From an uncultured delta proteobacterium (GTDB lineage: Bacteria; Desulfobacterota; Binatia; HRBIN30; BPIQ01): 64,000 nt of DNA. The stretch is from positions 9,465 through 73,464 of the forward strand of contig CAVXGR010000006.1 in the NCBI GenBank assembly GCA_963761335.1. The letters are read 5' to 3'. Shown here one piece after another: positions 36,884 through 49,596 of the stretch (the first letter of the stretch is position 1; each line of letters starts with the position of its first letter). The translations under genes were made by a program, and so were the position numbers. A model generated the notes under the pieces. It worked only from the letters and a program-made list of their open reading frames with translations, was not told the origin of the DNA and searched no databases.

Positions 36884-38386
36884 ATGGATCTGGACGCGGC
36901 GCACTGCTACCAGGCGCTTCTCAGCAAGGACCGGCGCTTCGACGGGCGCATCTTCGTCGGCGTGGTGACCACCGGCGTCTACTGCCGGCCGATCTGTCCG
37001 GTGGTGCCTCCCAAGCCGGAGAACACCCGCTTCTTCGCCTGCGCGGCCGCGGCCGAGGCCGCGGGCTTCCGGCCGTGCAAACGCTGTCGGCCGGAGACCG
37101 CCCCGGGGACACCGGCATGGCTGGGCACATCCGCGGTCGTCTCGCGGGCGCTGCGCCTGATTGCCGAGGGAGCTCTCGACGAGGGCGGCGTCGAGGCCTT
37201 GGCCACCCGACTCGGGATCGGCGACCGCCAGCTGCGCCGCCTCTTTCTGCAGCACCTCGGGGCGTCGCCGGCCGATGTGGCGCGCGTGCGGCGGGTTCAC
37301 TTCGCCCGCGCTCTGCTCGACGAGACGGATCTGCCGATGACGGAGGTGGCCTTCTCCTCCGGCTTCAGGAGCATCCGCCAGTTCAATCATGCGGTGCGTT
37401 CCTCCTTTGCGGCCTCGCCGACGGCGCTGCGCCGCCGGCGGGCGCGAAACGCCGTCGCCGAGGGCGGCGGTGTCGCCGTGCGGCTGGCGTATCGCCCGCC
37501 CCTGGCCTGGACGGAAATGCTGCGCTTCCTGGCGGCGCGCGCGATTCCCGGGCTCGAGGCGGTGGAGGGAGGTCGCTACCGCCGACTCGTCGAGGCCAAC
37601 GGCGCTGCCGGGGTCGTCGAGGTGAGCCTGGAGACGGTGTCGCGGCGCGGCTCCGGGGGCAGCGCAGGGCACCGCAACGGCCTGCCGCGGCTGTCGGTGC
37701 GCATCCACCTGCCGCGCTGCGAGGGCTTCATCGACGTCGTCGAGCGCGTCCGCCGGCTCTTTGATCTGGATGCCGACCCGTGGCTCATCGGCGAGCAGTT
37801 GCGGCGCAGCCCAAGGCTGCGCGCCAACCTCGAGGCGCATCCCGGGCTGCGCGTGCCGGGGGCATGGGAGCCGTTCGAGCTGGCGGTGCGCGCCGTTCTC
37901 GGCCAGCAGGTCACGGTGCGCGGCGCGACCACGCTCGCCGGGCGGCTGTTGCGCGAGTTCGGCACCCCGACCGAAAGCGGTGATGCGCAGCTGACGCATC
38001 TCTTTCCGCGAGCCGAGACGCTCGCCGGTGCGGCGCTCGAGCGCCTCGGTCTGCCGGCGGCGCGGGCCGCAACCATTCGCGCCCTGGCGGCGGCGGTCGC
38101 CGAGAAGCGGCTCGTCCTCGATGCGGCGCAGGGGCTGGAGGACGTCGTGCAGCGCCTGTGCGCCATTCCGGGCATGGGCCCGTGGACGGCGCACTACATC
38201 GCCATGCGCGCCCTCGGCGAGCCGGACGCCTTCCCGTCCACCGACCTCGGTCTGCGCCGCGCCCTCGGCAACGGCGCCGGCCCGGCGTCGGCGAGGGAGC
38301 TCGACCGGGTGGCCGAGTCCTGGCGCCCGTGGCGGGCCTACGCCGCCATGCATCTCTGGATCGGAGCAAAGGAGGAACGAAGATGA
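36884..38386 (+). CDS. alkA: Ada Zn-binding/AraC-HTH/AlkA DNA-3-methyladenine glycosylase fusion
   Basis: TTGVYCRPIC, GFRPCKRCRP, SGFRSIRQFN, LGQQV, PGMGPWTA, DAFP..D, WRPWRAYA. Confidence 0.92.
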   Translation: MDLDAAHCYQALLSKDRRFDGRIFVGVVTTGVYCRPICPVVPPKPENTRFFACAAAAEAAGFRPCKRCRPETAPGTPAWLGTSAVVSRALRLIAEGALDEGGVEALATRLGIGDRQLRRLFLQHLGASPADVARVRRVHFARALLDETDLPMTEVAFSSGFRSIRQFNHAVRSSFAASPTALRRRRARNAVAEGGGVAVRLAYRPPLAWTEMLRFLAARAIPGLEAVEGGRYRRLVEANGAAGVVEVSLETVSRRGSGGSAGHRNGLPRLSVRIHLPRCEGFIDVVERVRRLFDLDADPWLIGEQLRRSPRLRANLEAHPGLRVPGAWEPFELAVRAVLGQQVTVRGATTLAGRLLREFGTPTESGDAQLTHLFPRAETLAGAALERLGLPAARAATIRALAAAVAEKRLVLDAAQGLEDVVQRLCAIPGMGPWTAHYIAMRALGEPDAFPSTDLGLRRALGNGAGPASARELDRVAESWRPWRAYAAMHLWIGAKEERR

Positions 38387-38898
38387 CGCTCGAGCTTGCA
38401 CGAATGCCCTCGCCGGTCGGCGACCTGGTCATCGCGGTGCGCGAGGGACGCGTGTGCGTACTGACCTTCGCGCATCACTGGGAGCGCGCCGAGGCGCGGC
38501 TGCGGAAGCGGTTGGCTGCGGTGGAGCTGCGGCCGTCGCCGGATCCGGGCGGGGTGGTGACGCGGCTGGCGCGCTACTTCAGCGGCGACCTGGGCGCCCT
38601 CGAGGCGATTGCGGTCGACATGGACGGCACGGCGTTTCAGCTGCGCGTCTGGGAGCAGCTGCGGCGGATCCCCGCCGGTCGCACCGCTTCCTATGGGGAG
38701 GTCGCCCGGGCCATCGGCGCTCCCTCGGCGGTGCGCGCCGTGGGCGCGGCCAATGGCGCCAATCCCGTGGCCATCGTCGTTCCCTGCCACCGGGTCATCG
38801 GCGCCGGCGGCGCTCTCACCGGCTACGGCGGCGGCATGGAGCGCAAGCGCTGGTTGCTCGCCCACGAAGGAGCGCAGCAGGAGCTGCGGGTCGCATGA
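38383..38898 (+). CDS. ogt: Methylated-DNA-protein-cysteine methyltransferase
   Basis: GTAFQ, RAVG.ANG.NP, PCHRV, GYGGG. ATGA overlap with the upstream gene. Confidence 0.93.
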   Translation: MTLELARMPSPVGDLVIAVREGRVCVLTFAHHWERAEARLRKRLAAVELRPSPDPGGVVTRLARYFSGDLGALEAIAVDMDGTAFQLRVWEQLRRIPAGRTASYGEVARAIGAPSAVRAVGAANGANPVAIVVPCHRVIGAGGALTGYGGGMERKRWLLAHEGAQQELRVA

Positions 38899-39734
38899 AG
38901 GCCGATCAGGAGAATCGAGCGAAGCGATTTCGCGAGCTGCATCATCAGCCGCACATCCTGGTACTGCTCAACGCCTGGGACGTGGCGAGTGCGCGCCTCT
39001 TCGAGGCGGCGGGTGCGCCGGCGGTGGCCACCACGAGCTCCGGCCTGGCGGCATCGTTCGGGTACCTGGACGGCGAGAAGATCGATCGCCAGCTACTGAT
39101 CGACGCCGTCGGCCGCATCTGCCACATCGTCGGCATCCCCGTGAGCGTCGACTTGGAGGCCGGATACGGCGCCACGGCCGCCGCGGTGCGCGACAGCGTC
39201 GAGGCGGTGATCGACGCCGGCGCCATCGGCATCAACATCGAGGACGGCGTGCGCGATTCGGGCTTTCTGGTCGAGCGTATCGCCGCCAGCCGCGACGCCG
39301 CCTCGGCGCGGGGTGTGCCGCTGTTCATCAATGCCCGCGCCGACGTCTATCTGCGCGGCACCGTCGAGCCGGCGGCGCGCTTCGAGGAGACGCTGCGGCG
39401 CCTGCGCGCCTATGAAGAAGCGGGAGCCGACGGGCTGTTCGTGCCGGGGCTGGGCGACGCGGAGACCATCGGCCGCCTGGCCGCCGAGGTCCATCTGCCG
39501 CTCAACATCCTGGCGGGGAAGGGCGTGCCGCGCTCGCCCGCGCTCGAAAGGCTGGGCGTCAAGCGGGTGAGCGTGGGCGGCGGCCCGATGCGCGCGGCGC
39601 TGACGCGCGCCCGGCAGGTGGCCGAAGAGGTCCTGCGCGACGGAAGCTGGGACGGCTTCGCGAACGACACGATCTCGCACGCCGAGCTGAGCCAGCTCCT
39701 GGGAGCGCGGCCAGCCTCGCCGCGGACTGTCTGA
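38895..39734 (+). CDS. Isocitrate lyase/PEP mutase family protein
   Basis: NAWDVASA, DLEAGYG, GINIED, NARAD, AGADGLFVP. Confidence 0.9.
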   Translation: MKADQENRAKRFRELHHQPHILVLLNAWDVASARLFEAAGAPAVATTSSGLAASFGYLDGEKIDRQLLIDAVGRICHIVGIPVSVDLEAGYGATAAAVRDSVEAVIDAGAIGINIEDGVRDSGFLVERIAASRDAASARGVPLFINARADVYLRGTVEPAARFEETLRRLRAYEEAGADGLFVPGLGDAETIGRLAAEVHLPLNILAGKGVPRSPALERLGVKRVSVGGGPMRAALTRARQVAEEVLRDGSWDGFANDTISHAELSQLLGARPASPRTV

Positions 39735-39738
39735 ACGC

Positions 39739-40085
39739 TCAACGAGCGGCCGCCGGGCTCGCGAGGTGCTGCTCGACCACGCGGCGCAGCTCGGCTGCGG
39801 TCGCGGCGGCATGGAGGCCGAGCTCGCGCAGCTCGCCGTCGGCGATGGCGTCGCAGACCCGCTCGAAGGTGTAGAGCAACACGGCATCGCTCTCCTGCGG
39901 CAGGCGGCGCCCGCTCATCGCCGCCAGCAGCTGCAGCTGACGGCGGCGCTGCCTCCGGTAGAAGCGGCGCGCCTCGGGGTCTTCGGCGACCAGGGCGCGC
40001 AGGCTGGCGCGCAGGCCGCGCCAACGGCGATGCATGGCGAGCACGGAGTCGACGAGGCGAGCGGCGATCTGCCGGCGACCGCCGC
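39739..40085 (-). pseudogene. Probable C-terminal remnant of a TetR-like regulator with no HTH
   Basis: Helical, coding-like C-terminus. Upstream the frame runs into the antisense of the hydrolase fragment. Confidence 0.5.
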
Positions 40086-40699
40086 CGGCGCCACGGCGCC
40101 GCGCTTCGTCACCGTCGACGGCGTAAGGTTGGCCTTCGACGACCATGGAGCGTCCCGTTCTCATCGGCAACTCCATCGGCGCCGCGGCAGCGATCGTCTT
40201 TGCCGCCGCGCATCCGCAGCGGGTGCGCGGCTTGGTGCTGGAGAACCCCGGCGGCCTGGCGGCCACCGACGATCGGGCGGCGCGTCTGGCGCTGCGCGCC
40301 ATGGTGGCCTTCTTCACCGCCGGGAGGCGGCGCGCCTGGTGGTTCCCTGCAACCTTTGCGCTGTACTACCGCTCCGTGCTGCAGCGCCGCGCGGCGGGCA
40401 CCCAGCGCCGCCGCATCGTCGCCTCGGCCTATGAGATCGCTCCGATTCTCGAGGAGGCTTGGCGGAGCTTCGGCGCTCCGGAGGCGGATCTCCGCGCGCT
40501 GGTCGCCGCAGTCGAGTGCCCGGTTCTCTTCGCCTGGGCCAGCCGCGATCAGGTCGTCTCCCTGGCGCGCAGCCGCGCCGCCATCGAGCGCTTTCCGCAG
40601 GCGCGCCTCGAGCGCTTTCCGGCCGGCCACGCGCCGCATTTGGAAACCCCGGAGGCGCTCGAGGCGGCGGTGGAACGGTTTCTGGCCGCGCTGGCGTGA
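40085..40699 (+). pseudogene. Alpha/beta hydrolase with an internal deletion and frameshift near 40147
   Basis: N-terminal strand PRFVTVDGVRLAFDDHG joins out of frame directly to ERPVLIGNSIG. The oxyanion and D.PG.G.S region is absent. Confidence 0.7.
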
Positions 40700-40724
40700 C
40701 CCCGCATGACGACGGCGGCGACCT

Positions 40725-42770
<2,046 letters not shown>

Positions 42771-42900
42771 AACGCCCGCGCATTCGCGTAGATCAACGCC
42801 AATGCAGCGGAAAAGTCAAAATCGTCACCACCCTCTTCGCCGCGAGCGCGCCATCCGCCCAGTTGTTGGCTGTTGTGCCGGCAGGCGCTATAGAGAGCAT

Positions 42901-43221
42901 ATGAGTGCCCGTGCTCCCTCCGGCAGGCAGTCGTTTCACACCGGGATGCGCGTCCTGCGGTTCATCGTCAACCTCCCGAACTTCGTGCGTCTCTACTGGC
43001 GACTGCTGTGGGACCGGCGGGTTTCCATCTGGCCGAAGGCCATGCTGGTGCTCGGCCTCATCTACGTCGTCTCACCCGTCGACTTCATTCCCGACATCGT
43101 GCCGCTGATCGGCGAGGTGGACGACCTGGTGCTGATCATCATCGCCTGCCGGCTGTTCATCTATCTCTGTCCGCCGGAGATCGTGCAGGAGCACGTGCGC
43201 CGCATCGACGCCGGCGGATGA
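42901..43221 (+). CDS. YkvA/DUF1232 family protein
   Basis: YVVSPVDFIPD.VPLIGEVDD. Confidence 0.88.
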   Translation: MSARAPSGRQSFHTGMRVLRFIVNLPNFVRLYWRLLWDRRVSIWPKAMLVLGLIYVVSPVDFIPDIVPLIGEVDDLVLIIIACRLFIYLCPPEIVQEHVRRIDAGG

Positions 43222-43234
43222 GCGCGGCCCAGTG

Positions 43235-43579
43235 ATGCCGGTGCTCCCCATCAGCACGGTCCTGATCGGGCTCGGCCTGATGACCGGGGCCGTGTCCTTG
43301 CCGCTTCTCTTCGGGAAGGTGCCGCCCAACCGCTTCTACGGCGTCCGCCTGCGCGCCTCGTTTGCCTCCGAGCAGAACTGGTACTCGATCAACCGTTTCG
43401 GCGCCAAGCGGCTTCTGCTCTTTTCCGCCGAGGTCATCGCCCTCGGCCTCCTGTGTCAGAGCCTGTCGCGGCCGCCCTTCTGGCTGCCGATCTCGTTCCT
43501 CTTCGTCACTCTTCTGCTGCTGTGGATCGCCATCGTTCCGATTCAACGTTACGCGCGTACGCTTCCGGGTCCGAAGTAG
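43235..43579 (+). CDS. SdpI family membrane protein
   Basis: VPPNRFYGVR...S...WY.INR. Confidence 0.75.
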   Translation: MPVLPISTVLIGLGLMTGAVSLPLLFGKVPPNRFYGVRLRASFASEQNWYSINRFGAKRLLLFSAEVIALGLLCQSLSRPPFWLPISFLFVTLLLLWIAIVPIQRYARTLPGPK

Positions 43580-43690
43580 AGCCGGGTCTCCTCGAAGCGC
43601 GCACCGTTTCCACATTGACGTCTCCATTCGCGACGTGCAATCTTCGCCCGCACAACCGTACCCGCTTCTCAGACTACGGCAGGAGTTCCC

Positions 43691-46600
43691 ATGCGAGCGA
43701 TCTGTGTCCGTCCGTTCATCCGCGCTGGCGCAATGGCGCTGCTGCTGGTCTCGCTGGTTGCGACTGCACAGGCGCAGGAAGCCACGGTGACGAGCACCAT
43801 CTCCTGCATCTATCAGGCGGGATGCGTGTCTCAGGACCATAACGCCGACGGCCGCACCGGTGCCGCTGATCTGGTGGCGGCGATCCGCTACATCGCCCTG
43901 CCGCCGCTGGCGGTCGCCGTCGAGATCAATCCCGACCCCGTGCGCCCGGGCGAGACCATGCGGGTGGCGTTGACGGTGAGCAATCGCGGCGTCGGGCCGA
44001 TGACCGGGGTGACTGTCGACGTGCCCTTCCCGTCCGGGGTCAACAGCCTCGCCGAGAGCCTCATCTCCGCTTCATGCCCTTCCACCACCTGCGATCTGGG
44101 GGAGACCATCCATTTCGACGTCGGCAACCTCGATCCCGGCAGCGGCGTGGTGTACACGCTGCCCTTCGTCGTCACCGCCAGCGACGCGAACGGCACCGCG
44201 ATCCAGGTGCAGGCCAACGCCGCCGCTGGCACGATTTCGGCCACCACCACGGCGAGCGCGGTGGTCGAGTCCGGCCGTGTCCTCGATCTGGCTGTGGATG
44301 CGTCCGATGATCCCGTCGAGCCGGACGCCCTGCTGACCTACACGGCGACCTTCGGCAATCGCAGCATCGGCCTCTCCATGGGTGCGGCTCTCGAGCTGCC
44401 CGTGCCTGCCGGCACCACCTTCGTTTCGGCGACCGACGGTGGCACGCTCGATGGCGGCACCGTCAGCTGGGACCTCGGCACTCTCAGTCCCGGCGACGGC
44501 GGTGTCCGCCGCCTGGTGGTGCGCGTCGATCCGCTCGCCGTCCAGGGAAATCTGCTGCGCGCCCAAGCGACGATCTCGGACTCGAACGCATCCCCGAACA
44601 GCTCTGTCGCCACCGCAACCGCGCGCGTGCAGAGCGGTCTGCCCATCGCCCTGGCGCTGGAGGTCAATCCCGACCCGGTGCGCCCCGGGGAGACGCTCGA
44701 CGTCGGGCTCACGGCCACCGATCGCGAGCCGACCGATGTGTTCACCACCATGGTAGTGATGCGGCAGCCGGACGATCTCGATTACTTCTCCACGAGCCTG
44801 ATCTCGGGGACGTGTCCGTCGACGACCTGTGATCGAAGGGAGAATGCGGTCTATGACCTCGGCACCCTGACGGCCGGGCGCGGCTCGACGGTGACCTATC
44901 CGCCGATCGTGTCCGCGGGCACGGTCGCCGGCACGGTGATCACCTTCGAGGCCCTCGCCAGTGAGCAGGGCGGGCACCTGCTGCGGGCGCGGCGAAGCGT
45001 CCTGGTGCAGCAGAGCCCGTCGCTCGATCTCGCCCTGGATGCGTCCGCGGACCCTGTCGATCCCGGTGGAGAGCTGACGTACACGCTCACTTTCGGGAAC
45101 CGCGGCGCCGGCCTGGCGTCCGGCACCCTTCTGCAGATGCCAGTGCCCGCCGGGGCAGTGTTCGCATCGGCAAGCGGCGGCGGCACACTCGACAATGGCG
45201 TGGTCTTCTGGGATCTCGGCGCCCTTCGTCCGGGAGAGGGCGGCGTGCGTACCCTCGTGGTGCAGGTGGACCCGCAGACCGGCCTGGGCGAGATGATCCG
45301 CGCCGACGCGGCGATCTCTGATACCAGCAGCCCGGCGGACCGCGCGCGCGCCAGCACCGTGACCCGCGTGGAAGACGCCAGTGCTCTGACCCTGTCGATG
45401 GAGATCAACCCCGATCCGGTACGGCCGAACCAGACGCTGAACGTCGAGCTCACGTCTTCGAATCGGGGATTGGTGGATCTCACCACGGCGGCCGTCATCA
45501 TGCGGCAACCCGACGATCTCGACTACTTCGGTGAGGGCATCATCTCCGGGACGTGTCCGTCCACGACCTGCGACCGGCGCGAGAACGCGGTCTACGATCT
45601 CGGCACGCTGAAGGCGGGTCGCGGCTCGACGGTGACCTATCCGCCGATCGTGAGCGCGGGAACCAGCGCCGGCACGGTCATCACCTTCGAGGCCTTCGGC
45701 GATGAGCAGGGTGGGCGCCTGGTGCGGGCGCGACGCAGTGTGGTGGTGCAGCCGAGCCCGGCTCTGTCGCTGGCGCTGGACGCTTCTGTGGATCCCGCGG
45801 CTCCGGGAACCGAGCTGACCTACACGCTGACCTTCGGAAATCGCAGTGCCGCGCTGGCGCCGAGTGCCGTGCTCGACCTGCCGCTGCCGGCCGGCACGAC
45901 CTTCGTGTCGGCGAGCGACGGAGGAGCACTCGGAGAAGGCCAGGTCAGCTGGAGCCTCGGCGATCTGCGACCGGGAGAGGGCGGAGTGCGCCGGTTGGTG
46001 GTCCAGGTCGCCCAGGATCTCACCGAGGGAGAGGTCCTTCCCGCCAATGCCGCCGTGACGGACTCGAACACGCCGGCGGACCGGGCGCGCGCCAGCGCCG
46101 TCACCCGCGTGGAAGATGCCAGTGCTCTGACCCTGTCGATGGAGATCAACCCCGATCCGGTGCGGCCGGGGCAGACGCTCAACGTCGAGCTCACGCCTTC
46201 GAATCGGGGATTGGTGGATCTCACCACGGCGGCGGTCATCATGCGGCAACCCGACGATCTCAACTACTTCAGCACGAGCATCATCTCCGGGACGTGTCCC
46301 TCGACGACCTGCGACCGGCGCGAGAACGCGGTCTACGATCTCGGCACGCTGAAGGCGGGTCGCGGCTCGACGGTGACCTATCCACCGATCGTGAGCGCGG
46401 GAACCAGCGCCGGCACGGTGATCACCTTCGAGGCCTTTGGCGACGAGCAGGGCGGGCGCCTGGTGCGGGCGCGGCGCAGCGTGGTGGTGCAGCCGAGCCC
46501 GGCGCTGTCGCTGGCGCTGGATGCTTCCGTGGATCCGGCGCCTCCGGGAACGGAGCTGACCTACACGCTGACCTTCGGAAATCGCAGTGCGGCGCTGGCG

Positions 46601-47989
46601 CCGAGTGCGTTGCTCGACCTGCCGTTGCCGGCCGGCACCACCTTCGTGTCGGCGAGCGACGGAGGGACACTCGGAGAAGGCCAGGTCAGCTGGAGCCTCG
46701 GCGATCTGCGACCGGGAGAGGGCGGGGTGCGCCGGTTGGCGGTCCAGGTCGCCCAGGATCTGACCGAGGGAGAGGTCCTGCACGCCAACGCCGCCGTGTC
46801 GGACTCGAACACGCCGGCGGACCGGGCGCGCGCCAGCAGTGTGACCCGGGTCGAGAGCGGCAGCCCCACGACCCTGTCAATGGAGATCAACCCCGATCCG
46901 GTCGAGCCCGGGCAGACGCTGGACATCGGCATCACGGCGACCAATCGCAGTGTGGTCGATGTGTTTGCCACGAGCATCACCATGCGGCAGCCCGACGACC
47001 TGGACTACTTCGGCGTCGGCATCATCTCCGGGACGTGTCCATCAACGACCTGCGACCGGCGCGAGAATGCGGTCTACGATCTCGGCACGCTGAAAGCGGG
47101 TCGCGGCTCGACGGTCACCTATCCGCCGATCGTGAGCGCGGGAACGAGCGCCGGCACGGTGATCACCTTCGAGGCTTTCGGCGATGAGCAGACGGGGCAC
47201 CTGATGCGGGCGCGACGCAGCGTCCTGGTGCAGCAGAGCGCGGCGCTGACGCTGGCGCTGGACGCGTCGGCAGATCCGGTCGAGGCAGGGGCGATGCTCA
47301 CCTATACGCTGACCTACGGGAACCGCGGCGCGGCGCAGGCGCCGGCGACGCTGCTGCAAGTGCCGGTCCCGGTCGGCACGGTATTCATGTCGGCGACGGA
47401 CGGCGGCTCGCTCAACGCCGACGGAGCCGTTTCCTGGAGCCTCGGCGCTCTCGCTCCGGGCGCCGGTGGCGCCGTGCAGATGACCGTGCAAGTCGATGCG
47501 CTCGCGATCCAGGGCGACGTCATTCCCGCAGAAGCCGCGATCTCGGACACCAACACGCCGGCGGATCGCGCCCGTGCCAGCACTGTGACGCGGGTCGAGA
47601 GCGGCAACCCGCTCGGCGTTGCGCTGCAGATCGAACCGTATCCGACGCTGGCGGGGCAGACCCTGAACCTGACGCTTTCGGCCACCAACAATGGGCTCGT
47701 CGACCTGTTCCAGGCCGAGATGGTCATGCGTGTTCCGGACAACCTGTCCTATGTCTCCGTGAGTACGATCGACGGCACCTGCCCATCGACGACCTGTGAT
47801 CGTCGAGAGTTCGTCACCTTCGATCTGGCGACGCTGGCATCTGGACAGACGGCGCTGCGCACCTATCCGCCGCCCGTCCTCAACGGCACGCCGTCCGGTA
47901 CGCTGATTCCCTTCGAGGTGTTCGCCTCCGACGGCTCCGGGCTCCAGGCGCGGCTGCGATTGACGGAGCGGGTGACCAGCGGTCCCTGA
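43691..47989 (+). CDS. Large secreted DUF11/Ig-like repeat protein
   Basis: Signal peptide; about 5.5 repeats of roughly 247 aa with NPDPV.PG, LTYTLTFGN, P.GTTFVSA and CPSTTCD (six copies). Confidence 0.88.
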   Translation: MRAICVRPFIRAGAMALLLVSLVATAQAQEATVTSTISCIYQAGCVSQDHNADGRTGAADLVAAIRYIALPPLAVAVEINPDPVRPGETMRVALTVSNRGVGPMTGVTVDVPFPSGVNSLAESLISASCPSTTCDLGETIHFDVGNLDPGSGVVYTLPFVVTASDANGTAIQVQANAAAGTISATTTASAVVESGRVLDLAVDASDDPVEPDALLTYTATFGNRSIGLSMGAALELPVPAGTTFVSATDGGTLDGGTVSWDLGTLSPGDGGVRRLVVRVDPLAVQGNLLRAQATISDSNASPNSSVATATARVQSGLPIALALEVNPDPVRPGETLDVGLTATDREPTDVFTTMVVMRQPDDLDYFSTSLISGTCPSTTCDRRENAVYDLGTLTAGRGSTVTYPPIVSAGTVAGTVITFEALASEQGGHLLRARRSVLVQQSPSLDLALDASADPVDPGGELTYTLTFGNRGAGLASGTLLQMPVPAGAVFASASGGGTLDNGVVFWDLGALRPGEGGVRTLVVQVDPQTGLGEMIRADAAISDTSSPADRARASTVTRVEDASALTLSMEINPDPVRPNQTLNVELTSSNRGLVDLTTAAVIMRQPDDLDYFGEGIISGTCPSTTCDRRENAVYDLGTLKAGRGSTVTYPPIVSAGTSAGTVITFEAFGDEQGGRLVRARRSVVVQPSPALSLALDASVDPAAPGTELTYTLTFGNRSAALAPSAVLDLPLPAGTTFVSASDGGALGEGQVSWSLGDLRPGEGGVRRLVVQVAQDLTEGEVLPANAAVTDSNTPADRARASAVTRVEDASALTLSMEINPDPVRPGQTLNVELTPSNRGLVDLTTAAVIMRQPDDLNYFSTSIISGTCPSTTCDRRENAVYDLGTLKAGRGSTVTYPPIVSAGTSAGTVITFEAFGDEQGGRLVRARRSVVVQPSPALSLALDASVDPAPPGTELTYTLTFGNRSAALAPSALLDLPLPAGTTFVSASDGGTLGEGQVSWSLGDLRPGEGGVRRLAVQVAQDLTEGEVLHANAAVSDSNTPADRARASSVTRVESGSPTTLSMEINPDPVEPGQTLDIGITATNRSVVDVFATSITMRQPDDLDYFGVGIISGTCPSTTCDRRENAVYDLGTLKAGRGSTVTYPPIVSAGTSAGTVITFEAFGDEQTGHLMRARRSVLVQQSAALTLALDASADPVEAGAMLTYTLTYGNRGAAQAPATLLQVPVPVGTVFMSATDGGSLNADGAVSWSLGALAPGAGGAVQMTVQVDALAIQGDVIPAEAAISDTNTPADRARASTVTRVESGNPLGVALQIEPYPTLAGQTLNLTLSATNNGLVDLFQAEMVMRVPDNLSYVSVSTIDGTCPSTTCDRREFVTFDLATLASGQTALRTYPPPVLNGTPSGTLIPFEVFASDGSGLQARLRLTERVTSGP

Positions 47990-48118
47990 ATCTCAGGAAG
48001 CCAGTCGGTCTCGTTTCCCGAATACGCGAAACGAGCCCGCCAGTTCCCCGCGCTTGGTGCACCGATGCCGTTGGCACGAAGTGTGGTCCTCGGCCCGGCG
48101 ATGCGGCAAGATCGAAGT

Positions 48119-49312
48119 ATGATCGTCGGAGTACCGAAGGAGATCTTTCCCGGGGAGCGGCGCGTGGCGCTCGTGCCCGCGTCGATCGCGGCGCTGAAGA
48201 AGGCCGGCTGCGAGGTCCTGGTGCAGACGGGGGCGGGATTCGATGCCGGCTACAAGGATCCGGCGTATCTCGACAAGGGCGCTTCCATCGCGCCGTCGCG
48301 GCAGGAGGTGTTCGAGCGCGCCGACGCCATCTTTCAGCTGGTCGGCTACGGCGCCAATCCCGCGACCAACCGCGACGACCTGCCTCTGTTCCGCAAGGGA
48401 CAGGTGCTCGTGGCCTTTCTTCGCGCCCTCGGCAACCCCGAGGCGCTCGAGGAGCTGGCGGGTGCGGGGGTCAGCGCCTTCGCGATGGAGATGGTGCCGC
48501 GCATCACGCGGGCACAGAGCATGGACGCCCTCTCGTCGATGTCGACGATCGCCGGGTACAAGGCCGTGCTCCTGGCGGCGGATTCCCTGGCGAAGATGTT
48601 CCCGATGATGATGACCGCCGCCGGCACCATCTCGCCGGCGCGCGTGCTGATCGTTGGCGTCGGTGTCGGTGGGTTGCAGGCAATCGCCACCGCCAAGCGC
48701 ATCGGCGGCGTGGTCTCGGCGTACGATGTGCGTCCGGCGGTGCGCGAGCAGGTGATGAGCCTGGGCGCCAAGTTCATCGAGCTGCCGCTGGAGACGTCGA
48801 CGGCGGAAGACGTCGGCGGCTATGCCCGCGCCCAGGACGAGACCTTCTACCGGAAGCAGCGCGAGCTGATGGCCAAGGCGGTGGCCGACAGCGACGTGGT
48901 CATCACCACCGCCAACGTCCCGGGGCGGAAGGCGCCGGTGCTGATCAGCGAGGCGATGGTCGAGGGGATGAATCCCGGCTCGGTGATCATCGACATTGCC
49001 GCGGAGCGCGGCGGCAACTGCGAGCTGACGCGCTCCGGCGAGACCATAGTGGCCCACGGCGTCACCATCATCGGGCCGGTGAACATCGCCAGCATGGTGC
49101 CGTACCACGCCAGCCAGATGTACTCGAGCAACATCACCAGCTTCTTCACCCACTTGGTGAAGGACGGAGAGCTGAGGATCGACATGCAGGACGAGATCAC
49201 CCGCGAGACGCTGGTCGCCCGCGACGGGGCCATCGTCCATCCGCGGGTTCGCGAGGCCCTGGGCCAGCCCGGGGCTGCGGTTTCCGCTGCGGCGCTCCCG
49301 GAGAATGCCTGA
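48119..49312 (+). CDS. pntAA: NAD(P) transhydrogenase subunit alpha, part 1
   Basis: GVPKE..GERRVA, PRITRAQSMDALSS, GVGVGGLQA, GGNCE. Confidence 0.95.
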   Translation: MIVGVPKEIFPGERRVALVPASIAALKKAGCEVLVQTGAGFDAGYKDPAYLDKGASIAPSRQEVFERADAIFQLVGYGANPATNRDDLPLFRKGQVLVAFLRALGNPEALEELAGAGVSAFAMEMVPRITRAQSMDALSSMSTIAGYKAVLLAADSLAKMFPMMMTAAGTISPARVLIVGVGVGGLQAIATAKRIGGVVSAYDVRPAVREQVMSLGAKFIELPLETSTAEDVGGYARAQDETFYRKQRELMAKAVADSDVVITTANVPGRKAPVLISEAMVEGMNPGSVIIDIAAERGGNCELTRSGETIVAHGVTIIGPVNIASMVPYHASQMYSSNITSFFTHLVKDGELRIDMQDEITRETLVARDGAIVHPRVREALGQPGAAVSAAALPENA

Positions 49313-49590
49313 TGGAAACTTTTGCCGCGGCGCTGACCATCTTCGTGCTCGCCATCTTCGTCGGCGTCGAGGTGATCGCCAAGGTGCCGCCGACGCTGCA
49401 CACGCCGCTGATGTCGGGGTCGAACGCGATTTCGGGAATCACGCTGGTGGGTGCCATCCTGTCCACTGGCATGCAGCACTCGGCGCTGACCGGCTTTCTG
49501 GGATTCGTCGCCGTGGTGTTCGCCACCATCAACGTGGTCGGCGGCTTTCTGGTCACCCACCGCATGCTCGAGATGTTTCGCCGAAAGTAG
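49312..49590 (+). CDS. pntAB: NAD(P) transhydrogenase subunit alpha, part 2
   Basis: LHTPLMSGSNAISG, GGFLVTHRMLEMF. Confidence 0.95.
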   Translation: METFAAALTIFVLAIFVGVEVIAKVPPTLHTPLMSGSNAISGITLVGAILSTGMQHSALTGFLGFVAVVFATINVVGGFLVTHRMLEMFRRK

Positions 49591-49596
49591 GAAACC

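Noticed and set aside
36884..39734. alkA-ogt-ICL/PEP mutase operon as a novel system
   Set aside because: This is a familiar adaptive-response arrangement.
43235..43579. SdpI as immunity gene for the peptide loci
   Set aside because: It lies several kb away, and SdpI-like genes are often orphans.
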